This document shows positions 12,801-26,236 of a DNA stretch of 64,000 nucleotides, in pieces; position 1 is the stretch's first letter, and the number at the start of each line of letters is the position of its first letter. The stretch is from Klebsormidium nitens (lineage: Eukaryota; Plantae; Klebsormidiophyceae), in NCBI GenBank assembly GCA_000708835.1, contig DF236954.1:422052-486051 (forward strand), given 5' to 3'. Position numbers and translations under genes: made by a program. The notes under the pieces were generated by a model. That model had not been told where the DNA came from, ran no database searches, and saw only the letters and a program-made list of their open reading frames with translations.

Positions 12801-15264
12801 ACACCATGTGCCAAGTGTTTGTTTCTCTACTCGGACATACCTCCTGAGGAAGCCTCGCTTCCTTGAACGCGTCGATGACCGCACGACAAGCGAATGTGTC
12901 AATCTGGTCAGGTCTCGAAGTCACCAGGTCCTCGAAGATTGCACGAGCCGCGGTCACATTCCGCTGCCTGCTGAACTGCGTGATCGCTTTGGAGTACTCC
13001 GTTCCCAGCCGTGATGGCCGCACACCATGGTGCAGAAACCTAGAGGAGAAATTCTCAATAAGAGCAAATACTTGGTATGCAGTGACTTTATTGAATTTCA
13101 TCTACATATGCATCTGCTGACTTGGTTGCGATTGCTCAATTCTGTTATTGGCATCCAACCGTTATTGGCATCCACACCTTGTCACGTGATCTGCAACTCG
13201 TCTTCATAAACGTCCTACCAGAGTTGTTTTCGCAGAAGGGTGTGAATTTAAAGAGCAACTCACGATACAGAGCGGGTGACCAGAGAGCAGTTGGTCATCA
13301 ACAGTTCTCTAAGGGTAACTCGTTTTCTAAGGGTATCTCGAGAACACAATCTGAGATTTTGAGAGAGAAGGTAACAGGAGAGAACGATCACTGGCGGACG
13401 AAAGAGTTGCAATAAGACACAATAAGACACGGCAGCTTGCACATCTCCTGGCGGCATGCTCCGACTAATCTGTGCTGATTTGATGGAAGTGGAAAAAATC
13501 CTCTTCCTATTACATTTTGAAAGACAAGGGCGCAGCAACCCCTCACTTGAGTGTTGACGCCACATCCCGATGCCTCGCGAGCTCTCTAAACAGCGCCTCA
13601 TTGTTGCAAAGATCTCTTGTGGAGCAACTAGACACGCTCCTCAAAGCGCATACAAAGTCCACAAACTCTGCCGCCTTCCAGTGGAGCAGCGTCCTTGCAA
13701 CGAGGGCATAGTCCCTCGGGGGGGGCATTTCGCCCTCGTCCTTTATCCGACCAATCAGGGACTTCCAGAAGAGTGAGGTGTTTTGTGGAGGGAAAGAACG
13801 CATTGCGTGGGAGTAGAGCGCGCCGCTCTGGGGAAAGGCTTTCAGGCACCTGGAAGGTGGGAGGGGGACAATCTAAGACGTTCGAATGTCTGAATACGCA
13901 GGAGCATCTGCTTTCAGTTGATTCGTCAACTGCAACAGAAGGGTGTAGAAGAAAGCGATGGATATGTAGGGGACGGAAGGAACAGAGAGGGGTGTAATCT
14001 ATCACATAGGAATGACTGGAAAGTCAGCAGCGCATAGTACAATGGTGCAACAAACATGGATCAGAGCATCCTGATTGACACAATCCTTGCCATTGATGGA
14101 TTGTCAGCAGCACTATCAGACTTACCTTATAACCATGTCGGTCCCACCACTGTGCGCTAGCATGTTGATCACCTCTTTTGCGTTGGCGACGCTCCCCATA
14201 CTGACGCTACTTTTTCCCAGGGACTCTAGCAACTCAACGAGCTTCTCAGCTTCTTTATTTTCAATATAAACTTGTATAGCAGCCTCTACTTTTACCTCTT
14301 CAATACCTGGCCTCGCTGCTTCCCTATCGGAAGCGCCAACACTTTGGCTCTCTGAGATGACTTCTGACTTCTGCTCCTTGCGCTGCTGCAGACCGAGGGC
14401 CGCTATGCCACCCAGACCAGCAGCACACTTTTGCAACCTATCTACAGAATCGCCGCCGCTTGATCCCTGTGTGTCATCAGGAGGACACGGTCTGCAGCAT
14501 TCTGCATGCTGAAACGCTTCCTGAGGTGGGCGCAGCACCTCGTTCTGCGTTGCTTCAGCCTGAAAATGGCTGGATTTGACTCTAGAAGTAGAAGAGTTAC
14601 CCGCACCACTATTTGAAACACCTCCCAGCACTGCCTCCGGGCCTCTTATGCTTTGGCACCCTACGCCAGGGCCAACAGTAGCATCAGCATTGCCTAGATT
14701 CAGCAGCGGCGGTTCCGTCAACCGATCCGGAAAGTCCTCGTCGGACACATCGCCGCAGATGTAAGCACTCATTGCTTCTGATTGCCGCCTTGGCTCAAAC
14801 TCTCGGCCAACGTCAGCGCTGTCCAAGCCACGAAGACCAGCACTCTGAAGGAAGGCCAAACCGTCAGAGGGCATCATGTCAACCGCCTGTGCCACCTCCC
14901 TAAAGGACATGTGCTTGGGCGCACTGCTCTCCTTAGATCTGGCAGCCACGCAATGGTCCATTTTCACACGCACCTGGCGACATTTTGCGTTGCTCTGTGG
15001 ATGACTTCCCCTTTTACCTTGCTGGATTGAGCAAAAACAACTGCCATAAGAAGGGTTTTGGTCGGAGCTACTCTGAATCTTTCTTCTATCCCTACATCGT
15101 GCAACTCTGAAGAGGCCGCATTCTGCAAGCGAGAACGACCACCTGTGTTGAGCCACATTGCAGCTGGCAAGTGACGCTTGCAGACCTGCTGTGGAAGTAC
15201 TCTGACCCGTTGCATTTGAAGAATTACTAAGCGTACAACTGGTTGAGCGAGACATCCTGACCAT
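3852..15264 (-). CDS. P-class pentatricopeptide repeat protein with C-terminal SMR domain, probably plastid-targeted (At5g02830-like). Exons 14126-15264, 13547-13849, 12841-13039, 12408-12472, 11533-11806, 10868-10993, 9932-10163, 8800-8986 (runs into gap), 8062-8109, 7266-7450, 6165-6327, 5509-5569, 3852-4909.
   Basis: Tandem 35-aa PPR units (e.g. AYNVLINACAAAGLEDRAWALLDEMKAGG; TFNSVVDIYAQKHDATGARRAFDQMKAAGLHPNVVTYTSLMDA). SMR motifs IDLHGLSR|PEARAAVLSLL, LTIITGRGIGS and NQGRIVVPKDALLAW. Ser/Thr-rich N-terminus. Visible junctions are in phase. The Arabidopsis similarity is from recall, not a search. Confidence 0.9.
6410..6615 (-). repeat. Two degenerate intronic copies of the acceptor plus 5' end of PPR exon 6165-6327
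   Basis: Exon start tctgcag|GTCTGCGTCGACACCCGCCGAGGACGAGCGCTCCGCTGCTAAGC resembles tctgcag|CTCTGCTAGGGCACCTGCCGAGAATGACCACTTTCCTGCTAAGC and cccgcag|GGCCGCGATGGCACTTGCCAAGAACGAGCGCTTTTTCGCTAAGC. Confidence 0.7.
7397..7951 (-). repeat. Tandem array (about 165-170-bp unit) of the acceptor plus 5' end of PPR exon 7266-7450
   Basis: agtgcagcttccactcgggcc...gcagcagcacgc...gtggcctg occurs at 7397-7456 (true exon), 7567-7625 and 7725-7788, with a partial copy at 7928-7951. Confidence 0.9.
8110..8799. other. Assembly gap (690 N) inside PPR coding sequence
   Basis: PPR-coding frames run into both edges (..YTSLMDA | MGLLEEMKAAGVQPNK). Confidence 0.95.
9569..9849. mobile_element. Non-autonomous Tc1/mariner-type MITE, 281 bp, in a PPR intron
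   Basis: Perfect 26-bp TIRs CCGTACCAACACGCCGGTTGGGCAGA (9569-9594) and its reverse complement (9824-9849). TA on both sides (9567-9568, 9850-9851). AT-rich, non-coding interior with repeated TTGCCCA/TGGGCAA motifs. Confidence 0.9.
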
Positions 15265-16405
15265 GAGGAAAGCCTAGGCAAACTTCCTATGGCCGGGGCC
15301 CAGATCATTCTCTGGAAAGGAAGAATCTAAGAAGATAGGTACATCCCCTAGTGGAGGAGCTCATCCTTCCCACTGCCACTAGTCGAAAACGAGTCTAGCG
15401 CTGGGTTTCACAGTCCAGGATTCTGTGACCAGAGCATTGCACAGAGATTCTAGTTAAATGCATGGGCGCGCGCGCGCTAATGCATCAAGCCGGCCCACGT
15501 TCGGGTCGATCAAATCCGCGCGCGGGCGGCCGGACGCTCGCTTGCCATCATTAGCCGAGCCGGGCCCAGCTAAGTATACAGCTACTGTAGCTACCGTACT
15601 TCAAACGGTACGTTCAAGGTCACTTTGCACGCCAGACTCCGGTAGAAGTTCTAATCTTGCACTCAGCAAAGCGATCCTGCATTACCATGCGTGCATGCAT
15701 GCATGTTCAAGGAAGGATCACTGAGCGACAATAAGCTAATGACCAATCATACATGCTGACACAACATGAGCGATTTGTAATGGCCGCGCCAGCTAATGTG
15801 GAAACGTGGTTCAATCGGGCAGTGGCATTGTCAACGTACTCCAAACCGACATGAGCATTGAAGCTAGGCGTGCCTTGTCTGATTCGCATGAACCCAGCTA
15901 GCTGATTGAATTCAATGTCATGTTCGCATGAATCCGGGACTTTGTTGATTGCATCCAGTTGATTCATCTGAACATGATGGTTCTCACACAAGAGTCCGAT
16001 CTGATAAAGCACCACAAGTGCCTTTCAAATGCATGAGTTACTTGCATGCCAGGCTCGCAGTGACCGCGCGGCTATATTAATAGAGACCGGACCGTCGAGC
16101 TAGCACGCACGCGCAGAAATTTGATGCATACACGTACTGACCAAAACTAGATCCGTGGCCCAGCAATCAGAAGTTCCATATATAAGGTGATTCCGGAGTA
16201 ATTCAGACATGTTTCAGAACATAGCATGTAGGTCTACATAACTACCAACATGGCAGTCCAACCGACAGTGTACGTGCGTGCTTGTTGCTCTTGGTACTCG
16301 CTCAATTACAAGGTGAGAAGCGCTGGAGAAATTACAAGGAGTTTGGAAAAGCTTCCCGTTGCAATTGAAGAGAAGCACAGCCGAGGCAGATGACAACGTC
16401 GCGGG

Positions 16406-19400
16406 TCACAGGGTTTGTATGTCTGCCACTAAGCTTGGCAGGTCCGGCCCTCGGGCCCATGACGTCATTCCGGCACCTTTTTCGGCCAATCGCGACGCCC
16501 AGTACACTAAGTCAACAGCGTCGTCATTATCACTCTCACCCCCACGACTAGACTCAGCGGGCGTCTGGCTGAGGTCAGGCGATGCAAGGCCGGACTGCCG
16601 GTGGGAAAACAGAACCCGGTTGCTGTTCTGGGGAATGCTCCACTCGTACAACCGGTCGCTCAGGCACTGCGTGCACGACGAGCGGTGGTAAAAAAGCATG
16701 CATTCCTCCTATTCTGAGACGTAATGTAAAATCGTGGGACTGAGAGTATGGGCCCGGGCAAAATTTCGTTGCCACAAGTTCGTTGCTGAGCGCCAGTCTG
16801 CCTGGGAAGGCAGCCTGCTTAAAAGAGGGCGTCCTATGACTTGTAAAGCCTCCGCGACTGGAATACGCACAATATCTCACGCACATCTCACGTTGGTCGC
16901 CAAGGCAGACTTTTGACGTGCGATTCTGGCCGTCCGATTGGGAATTCTTCAGGACCCGATGCCTCTAACGCGCTCAAAATGTCTGAGTCCTTCGCAAGAA
17001 GGTTCCTACCAGAAAGTGTCGGGGACGCATTTCATTTAGCGAAGCGTTGAAAAGGGAGCAGTCAGAACCAATCACTAGCCTGTTGATGATAATGGACTGG
17101 GTCACAAGGGCCTCTATGCAGGAAGCATTGACCAGACTGAGAACCATCGACCGGCCTAATCACAAGCGACCAGTTGCAGGCGATCCTAACAGCAGACCCG
17201 ATCGACTTTGTTTGGTTCGGCAAACTGGACGGAATTAAACCTGTCAACAGAATTCAGAAGAGTGTATCGGATGACGACCCAAAGACTTTGGCGTCTTCAG
17301 GAGACCGTTAACAGATGACGAAGTTTCGGCCGACTCGATTTCGTCTAGGGGATTGCGATTCAGGGAAGACGCCACAAACGAAGGACAACCATTCGAGGGT
17401 CGCGTAGGCTTACGCAGCGGACTGCTTTGTACGTCGCCTCTCTGATCTCGTCCGTCGCCACCACGTTCATCGCAAGCACTCCGTTTGGTCGGAGCAGCGC
17501 GCGGAGCGCTGACAAGAAACGGGGCTTCAGAAACGCAGGAGGCGGGCACCTGGAAGCGTAAAGAAGAGTTTCAGCGTTTTAGGGTTTTGAAGTTTTAGGG
17601 CTTTTTCAGAAAAAGGGTTTGGCGCACATCCCTCGAGAAAGCAGTCAGCGCTTTGCCATCCAATATCAGGGATGGACGCAAAAGGTGAACGGCGCCGCCT
17701 TGGGTCTGTGGACCTGCCAAGGAAGCCGGCTCTTACAGGTCTGACGAGTAAGTTTGACAACGTTCTGCGGCACAAGGCCCAGACCGAAAATCGCGCAAGA
17801 CAGGCGGATCGAAAAGGTCGAAAAGGCCAAGAAAGTCCGTGTGAAAGGCTCCGGAACGTCGGAGTGCCGTCCGAAAGGAAGTGATGCAAGGTGGAAAGAA
17901 TAGCTGGGAGACTGACGGCGTCAAGGACCGGCAGCCGATTAACGTCACCAAAGGAACGACAGAAAATGCTTGTAACTACGAGGATGCGTTTGCTCAGGGG
18001 CAAACAGATCCGGCGACTTCAACTGAGCAACAGAAAGAAGATACATGCCTTCATCGAAGCTCAACAATCGTTTTCTGATCACTCGACAGAGATCTGCCGA
18101 GGATAAATGATGCATATAGCCTGTGCTACCACTTACGGGCCGCCGGCGGACTCGACGTCGATTAGGACTGCATCGAAGCTGGCCTTGCGGCTCTTCGACG
18201 CCGGAACTTCGGTCGTGGCGGCAAGGATGACCCACGGAATGGCGTTGACAACGTGTACCTACGCCAGGATGAGTCGTTTCTCAACTAACGACTTGAAAAA
18301 ATCCCCGAAGCTTTCTTCGGAGAGCAAAACGCTCTACCGTATCTCCGTTGTGACTATTCAGCAGTCCGCTTGTGGCTTCCTGAATTACAGGATGGCATAC
18401 ATTCCCGTAGCAATCCAAAGTAATGCGCGTCTTTCCGGTTAAAAAGACGCACGAAGCAATTGTTCCGTGCCAGAGCCTTTGAGGGAGACATGGACTCTTG
18501 CAACCTCTCTAGCCTTGTGCTACTATAACCTCTGACAATACTGAATCAAGACAATGAGGACAACCAAATCGCCGAACATACTGGGGTTCGGAAATCAGTG
18601 ACTTTTCCGGGAGTCTACGTTCCTTTCCACTGGCTTTGCTCCAACACGTAGTCCCCAACAACTCTCTCCTATCTGACGACGTGCTTTCGAAGCTGTGCTT
18701 GCTAAGGTAAGTTGTTTGCAACGACAGGAAGGCAGACTCTGGGTAACAGAGACGGAATGAAGAACCGGACCACTTCGTGACGCGGACATCTGCTTACGAG
18801 GCTTTCCCAATCTTTCGCCCTTCCAATAAGACGACCGAAATCCTCTCCAATACCACCAGCATCGACTAGCTCTGAACGTTTTCCCGTTTCAAGAAGGCGC
18901 GTAAGCAGGCATTAGGGTATTGGACGTTACCTGGAAGGCTGCATCTCGGAAAACGCCGAAGTAAGTTTCCGCGAGCTCCACTACGGTGGGGTCGATCTCA
19001 ATAACCTGGACGAGATCCAAACACAATACTCAGCAGCGAGCAGATCCGGACTTCACCGCACTCAACCCATGAAGAGGGCGTCATTTAAGTATGCTTCAGG
19101 TGGCTATACGGCGAGGTCAATGCTGGGACTCCCGCATCAATGTCGCTGCTAATTGGATGTCGTGTTGTGGGCCGGGCGATTGAAGCGCTACGCACGGGCT
19201 CTTGAGCAAGAAACCGAGACCTGTCACACCACGCACTCGTTGACAACGATGCGCGTCTCCAGTACAGGTCTTTGCTCTGCTGCGAGGTCTGCGATTTGCT
19301 CACTCAAGGTCCTCTGCGCTCATGATTTGCTGCTTCAGGTCTTGGGGTATATTGAGGCTTGAGCCTCTCTCTTGGAATCCAACTTTGCAGAGAACAGACT

Positions 19401-22400
19401 GGAAGGGTGCTCAAACTATGTACTTCAACATTTCGAAATCATCCCATAAACCAAGACGACTTATCGGAGTCTGCCAAATGGCAAAAGTGTGATCGCAAAC
19501 AGCCCTTTTTGAGACAGTTCACAATCGCCTCACCTCGACGCGACACGGCAAATGCCGTCGCAGGAACATTGGCATGCCGCCGCCTCCCAAACCGATTACC
19601 AGGACGTCCAAAAGCCCCCCGCTCTCCGTCCGCTCTTCAATTCCCGGACCGAGGAACGCAAGCCCCGCAACCATTGCTTGGAGGTAGTCGCTCGCCAAGT
19701 AGCTGAAGTCCACGCCCATCAAAACCCCCCCATTGCGGCACTCCGCTCCTGCCCTTTCAAGAATCTCGACCGCACCGCTCCGCTCTTCTGCGACACCTGC
19801 GCTTGTCATACCCGAAAGCCCGCCACCCGCGTTTGTTGTGCAGCTCGCTTGACGCTCGCGCCTGTCACTCGCTTCTCCGGACGTATTGACACCGTCCGCA
19901 TCTTCTGAACACGTGGCGTGCTCTAGGCTCTCGGCCTCTGCTCCCTTTGCAAGTTTCTCCCCGCCCTGCTGTGAGATGGAGCGATCTGGGGGACTTAAAC
20001 TGCCGGAAAACTCAGACTCTTCCTGGGCAGCATTCGCTTCAAATTTCTGATGATTTCCTCCGGTACCGGAACTTCCCAAGCGTTCCTCGTGTCTCCGTCT
20101 CGCCCTCTTCCGGTGGTCCTGCTCCCCCTCGCTCGCCACCCCTAGTTCTTCCCCTGACGCCTTCTTCGAAGCTCGCGTTGGCGCGTCCCCCTCTTGTCCA
20201 CCGTCCAACGAACCAACCCCTCTCCTTCTTGCCTTCTTCCGATGATCCCTCTCCATCCTCTCACCCGCCGCCTCGTTTCTGTCACAACCGTCACATTCCT
20301 CCGTGTTTGTGCCCGGTATGACTCCGTCAACATCCAACTTAGCCCCGAACAACGTTTGCCGCTCGTCAACGTCATCCGCTCCACCCCGCCCGCTTCTTTC
20401 CCCCGGTTCGGTGTGAATAAGCACGGCTTCCGACTGGATCAGACTGGGGGAGTCGAGGAAGACCATCCGCCGGAAAGTGGTCGGCTGGAGCTTCCCGGGC
20501 TCGGTCAAACGGACGTCTTCCACCACAATCGGACCATTGATGTTGGACTCGACTTTGATCAGGACCGTCCGATGCCCGATTCCCTGGGGCGTGGTGGTGT
20601 ATGGAATGGCGGTGGGGTTAAGGGTTGGAAGGACGCCGTTGGTGAGTGTTCGGATCCACGGCGACAGTTCTTTCTGCACAGAATTAGAAGATATCAGTGA
20701 GAAAGAGAGAGGAAGGAGAGACGTTTGTGTTTGCTTGGAGTTGAGGCGCCGGACGCAGTTTACAGCAGTGACTGCGCGCATGGCGCTCATGTACTTTGAG
20801 GCGAGACGAAGCCCACTCGTACTCATAGAACTGCATAGTGCGCTGGATGTTTGCAAAAGCTGCTCCTTATTCAGTTGCATGAAGACAGGTCCTCGGAGCT
20901 CGAACGAGTCAAATTAACCACTTGGATCCAACTGCCTGGAGTCGACCGAATCCGCAGGGATGGTTTCGTGATCTGTTTGGTGGACACAATTTCCAAAGTT
21001 CGCCTGACTCGGAAATATTGCCCGTAAGGCTGGCATCTTGACCTCAAGTGCGAGGAAGCACTGTTGGAACAGATCAATGCAAAACAGACAGAATATGGTG
21101 AGGGTTCGGATCAGAGAGTATAATTCCGGGTTCAAGCCCGTCTTATTTGCTACTGCTCCCGATCTAGATCGTATCACAGCACACGTTGGCCTCAAAGCGT
21201 TGTATGACCACTGAGAAAGCACAATATGTTGCTACAATCAAGCAAAGAAGACAGCGAATGAGCAAGAGACTTTTGCGTCGTACCAAATCATTGGACACCT
21301 GATTTCCACAGAAAACACAGAAAGCGAAGGAAGGGCCGAAATAGGTCTACTTCTACACCCCTGCAAATCGAACTGGGGGACTCATCAATGAACAATCAAG
21401 GCCCTCACCCACAGTTCTCAAAGGCATCAATGCACAACCTGACCATCAGAGCAGGTAAGGATTTGCAGGGCAAGAGAGGATGTCCTCGGGCATCTTACCT
21501 GCACTTGCTCTGCGGAGGTAAATGTATGGCCTCGGTTTAGGGTCACGAGGAAGACGCGGGCGGCGTCGGCTCCCGCCACAACTTGAGCCTGGCCTTCAGG
21601 GGTGGAGATCAACCAGTCTAGCTCCATGCCCTGCAAGTGGGGTAAAGAATTAGTGGCATGATTTTAGGATTATGTGTTTGCAGTTTGCTGGGTTCGTTTT
21701 GGGGGGTTTATATACTTACGCCGAAGTTCCTTTTACATCGCATTTTATCAAGCTTGAGCTGTCAGGAGCGGGAAGAAGAATCAAGTTCGGAACATCCTGG
21801 CCTCACCAACTTTTGTAAGAAAGTCTGCATATGGAGCTCTTGCACATCCGCTGCTGCGCTGCCTTTGACGAGTTGTCACGGTTGTGCACCGATCCAGATC
21901 GAACCACCCTTCCTCCTTATCCGGTTTCTGTCGCCTTACAGGGGGGCTTCACAAGCAAACGAGTATGCTGTAAGGCAGATCGGGCTTTGGCAGTCCCTGG
22001 CCAGTTCCTGATGCCCTCAAGAGCCCAAAACAAGTGCTTCTAAGAAAGCTTCTCACCTGGGGAATGATAAACACTGTGCTAATGTGCTTGAAGGCCCTGT
22101 CATGCTCAGGAAAAGCGTCTATGACCGTCGCTGTATACTTTGGATTTCTTAACAGCCGTTCTGCCCCAGGGATAGTAGTCGCTTCATCCAGGGCCACTGT
22201 GGAAGTGCGGGAGGCTCTCATCGACTCTGAAACGAGAGCCCCTCCAGAATCCTGCGAGGTGCTTCTGGCTTGACCATTCCGCATCCTGTGCTGAAGCTCA
22301 TGATCGTTGGGAGCTCCAGTGACAACTCTCTGTGGTGCATCTTCAGGAGAAAGGTGGACACAATCAGCAAGCACTGAGGGAGGTGGTGTCAAGTTGGGCG

Positions 22401-22464
22401 GTGTGTACTGCAGGACAACCTTCCGCCCGGGCGCCAGCCACTGTAGTTCGTCTTGCGCCTCCAT
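16406..22464 (-). CDS. SAM-dependent methyltransferase matching the METTL13 C-terminal (spermidine-synthase-like) half, about 757 aa. Exons 22057-22464, 21499-21630, 19534-20673, 18931-19005, 18137-18258, 17414-17549, 16406-16666.
   Basis: All junctions in phase. METTL13-like motifs FIIPQ|GMELDWLISTPEG, GPIVVEDV, FRRMVFLDSPSLIQSEA, SAM motif I VLVIGLGGGGMPMFL, VIEIDPTVVELAETYFG, FDAVLIDV, CPPPAF..LRPNGVLAMNV. Confidence 0.88.
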
Positions 22465-24258
22465 TGAGGCACTACACCGACTTTCTTTTGACGTTCTGAC
22501 CGGCGTGTTGAGATAAATTGATGCTTGAAATCCATGCTATTGTACGTTTAAGTTGCGAGTCATGAGGCAGAATGCCGGGAACTTGCTAGAACTGCTCGAG
22601 TGAGCTTCATCGATGGTTCACAACCAGGACGAGGCGGGGAATGTTGAGATCTTTCATTCATCAGGTCTCTGGCGCATGTCGGTGAATACCCAGCCGCCAT
22701 GTTGAGGATTCTGTCGGCTCTAGGTAACCAAGACTTCGATCGATCAGATCAGATCAGGCGCAATTGAGGCAGCTAGCATTGTGCTAGAACGAATCGCGCG
22801 CACGCCGCGGCCGGCTGGACAGTGGTAACAATTGCTTCGATCGCGGCGGTCACATCACAGGGCTTCAATGTTCGTAACATCGTCACCTCCAACGTCGATA
22901 AGAGTTTCGTATCTCAATCGGACGGCTTCCATGAGATACTGGCCGAGCCCCACAGCTGATGTGGCCTGTCAGAAAGCTGACCAATGCATGCACGGTGAGC
23001 TGGCAGCACGTGAAAACCTAGTCAAGTGAACCTGTTGAGCGTCACTGGAATGGTTCTGCTTGACACTAATTCTTCCTGCATGATTAAGCTTGAGAAAATG
23101 GAGACGGTATTGTGTCAAGAACGATACACCCGAAAACCCAGGAAACGAAACCTGGATAAGGGAGAATCTCGAAGGGCCAACGGCAGGGCTCCTCTGCACC
23201 AGGCTGCTGTTGTCGCCAATGGCGGGCGTCGCCCGCGTTCAACAGAGTGTGACGAAGTCACGAACAGCCTTGCATTTAGTTTCATGCATGCCGTGTGTCA
23301 ATTGTGACCTGCAGCGTGCCCAGCTTTCTTCCCAGCAGAAACTCCAAGACGCCTCAACATCTTGCAAGAGGAAGAACAATTGCGCAATAGACTCAAGAGC
23401 TTCTCTTGCAGCTCCGTTCTGTGGTTAGCTACATTCCTGTAGCGGCAAGCACTTCGTGCCAGGTGAGCTCCTTGATGCGTTCTGCCAGCTTTTTGCTCTG
23501 TCCCTTTGTAAGGGGATTCGATAGTCTGGTGGTGGTATTACAGAAAACGTCCAAGCTGCATCGTGTTTTGCGGTCAGGAAAAGGAAGGACGACAGGTCCC
23601 TGACCGCGCATGCAGGTGGTCATTAGATGGTGGCTGCTATAGGAGTGCTTGTTCAGTAAATAATGGCTTCAATCTTTTGGTAGTTTGATGATGCTTGGAT
23701 TGGACAAGTGAAGGCAAGATACACATGTGTGAGAAGCTGATAATAGCATGCATGCACTGATTCAATGCTTCTTGTTTGTGCATGGTGCTCTTATTTTAAA
23801 CAGGTTAGCAGTTATACAAATTGGAGACTTTCTACTCCTTGTTTCTCCCCTCCCAGAAGTTTGGCTGCATGTGAGCCACACGTTTGTATAAGCTCAGGCT
23901 TCATAGGCACATTGCGACTTTGCGGCAACCCACTTCCAGCTACTTGCAAATGTGAATGATGGTCTTAGCTGAGATTGAATACATTTTCACAGGCTGTAGT
24001 TCTTGCATGTACTGTGCTGAGAAGCCTTTTATAAGCTGGAGTTACTGGGATTGCAATTACTCAATCACGACGGCACAGTTGGGTATCAGATTGCTGCAGA
24101 GGTGGCCAGAAAGACCGTGTCCCAGGTGTCATCTCCTCATGCAGCTAAGGCTGTTCTATAATCGTGATCATAATTTCATTGCTTTCAAAGTTGTCAATCT
24201 TCAAAGTATTCTAACAAGTCCTATACTCGTTCCCGCAGCTCTTCTTCTCAGAACAACC

Positions 24259-25731
24259 ATGTCGACAAACAGGGTGTCTGCCACCAGAGTAAGCGGAGGA
24301 TGGGAAGCACCCAGCCGCATCAAGGTTGACCTTGGAAACCGACTAGCAAACACAGTGGTCGATTCATTCGTCAACATTGGCCTTGTTGGTGAGTTGCTTT
24401 CTCATCCGACATTGCTTATTGTTGATTCAGGTTATAAGACTAGACAGTCCAAGTGAACCTTTTCAGATCTCTGTGATTGTTTCAATGCAGAGTGTAATCA
24501 ATATATGCCCTGTCAATTGTGTTTACCTTGAGTGCATAATGTTTGCCTTTCTTTGGTGCAGGCGCTGCTCACGGTTTGGCTAAGGAAGGGCTTAACCAGG
24601 CGGTTGGGTCTGACAACGCCAAGCAGTTCAACTTTGAGAAGACTGTGAGTCGAGCCTCCCTGAGTCTGCACCTCAAACATACTTAGATGTTTTTGTTTTA
24701 ATGAATATCAAGATGCACACATTACTGCTCTGTACTCCACAGATTTGTCAACATGGACTTTGGCTGATCGACCGTTGGTTTTGATCCTTTGCTGCTGGTA
24801 AATGATTGACAAATTTGTCAAAGCTTCTGGCCACCAGTGCTGGCAGGTTTCCCTTGTCACATTATGTTGGACCTCGAATGCAAATGCAGTTTTTGCCCGT
24901 CAAGCTACTATAATTCCTTCTCGTTAGCCTTTGCCTGGTATGACATGTTATTTGACGTGTTGGAGACTCAATTTCTGTGTTTTTGATTGCCAATCGATCT
25001 CTATGGTGGAGTGCTGCCACTTGAAAAGCAAGCAATTTGAACAGTTGCAAGAATGTAGAAACTGCGTGTTGCAGGCGAAGGACGCTGCACGCCAGGGGCT
25101 TGAGTGGGGAGCCATCTCTGCTGTGTACACCGGGGTGAACTACGGGCTGGAGCAGGCACGCGACGGCAGGCGCGACTGGGTAAGCCACTTGCCTTTGCTC
25201 TTTCCTGCCTGGGAGAATTCCTGCATGAAACAGCGCGCAAAAGTTTGCATATTTTGTGCATGGCCAAGTTGCTTGCTTTCATGCAAAATGTGACGCAAAG
25301 AGTTCGAAATTAGGGAAACAAACGATTGTATTAGCAGAAGTACATTTGCGTAAAATGACATTGGACAATTGGTTTGCATCGCTCAGCTTAGTTGGCAGTC
25401 TTCATCCTTGGCGCCTCTGATCTTATAAAGTCTCCTAAATGTCCCTCGTGTAAAACTGTTCTCCTTTGTCCTGCTAGCGTGATCGTTGCAATCAATATTT
25501 GTGAGAGGCTTCTTTTAGGTGGGAAATGAAGACAGGGAGTTACCATCAAGTTGGTTGATATGCTGATTTTCCCTGGTTTACTTTCAGGTAAACTCCCTGG
25601 CTGCTGGAGCCATCACCGGAGCCCTGTATGCTGCAAGCACTGATGATGGGCGTGGTAACGACAAGGTCGCCCAGAGTGCCCTGACAGGAGCAGCTTTGGC
25701 TACTGCTGCGGAGTTCCTGCGCGACTTGTAA
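24259..25731 (+). CDS. OEP16: Plastid outer envelope pore protein OEP16 (Tim17/22/23 PRAT family, OEP16-2-like). Exons 24259-24388, 24562-24644, 25075-25179, 25588-25731.
   Basis: In-phase splicing gives ...VDLGNRLANTVVDSFVNIGLVG...QGLEWGAISAVYTGVNYGLEQARDGRRDWVNSLAAGAITGA...VAQSALTGAALATAAEFLRDL*, which are typical OEP16 motifs. Confidence 0.88.
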
Positions 25732-26236
25732 ACAACTTGTCCAAATCTTCTCTAATCTGGCCCTTCAAACGGCCAGGACGTACAAAGTCCGCCCTCAACT
25801 TTTGTAATATCAGTAATTCTAGTCTCCGTAGAATTAGTACATAGTTGCTAGCTTCGAAGTGGACCTTTGGGACCCTGAGGCAGCGCATTAATTCTGAATG
25901 TACTGTATGTCAAGCACGAAGTCAAGCATGTAGCTTGTCATCCTAGAAAACGTGTCGAACATTGCTGAACATGATTCGCCGTAAGTGGTAACTTACCATT
26001 TGCTGCCGCAGTCCAATAGGATTGCTTGCCTCGAGTCTCTCGCTCTCTTTTTATGTCGATGCATGTAACTTACCTGAAGCCTGAGCTTTGTTTTACATTC
26101 TGGAGATCGGATAATATTTGACATGCTTCGACAACCTATTTCCGTGAGTGGCCAAAATTTACATCTGATCTGTTGAGGCAAAGATACATCTTTTTGACAT
26201 TTGCGTTCATCACACAACAATACAATTGCTTACTAT

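Noticed and set aside
19552-20917. Plus-strand ORFs opposite the methyltransferase
   Set aside because: Antisense shadows of the 1140-nt exon; no independent motifs.
25180-25602. OEP16 intron 3 donor (GTAAGCCACTTGCC) weakly resembles the next exon start (GTAAACTCCCTGGC), as if the intron was born by duplication
   Set aside because: The match is short and weak and mostly explained by the GTAA consensus; I also recall an intron at this RDW position in land-plant OEP16, making it likely ancient.
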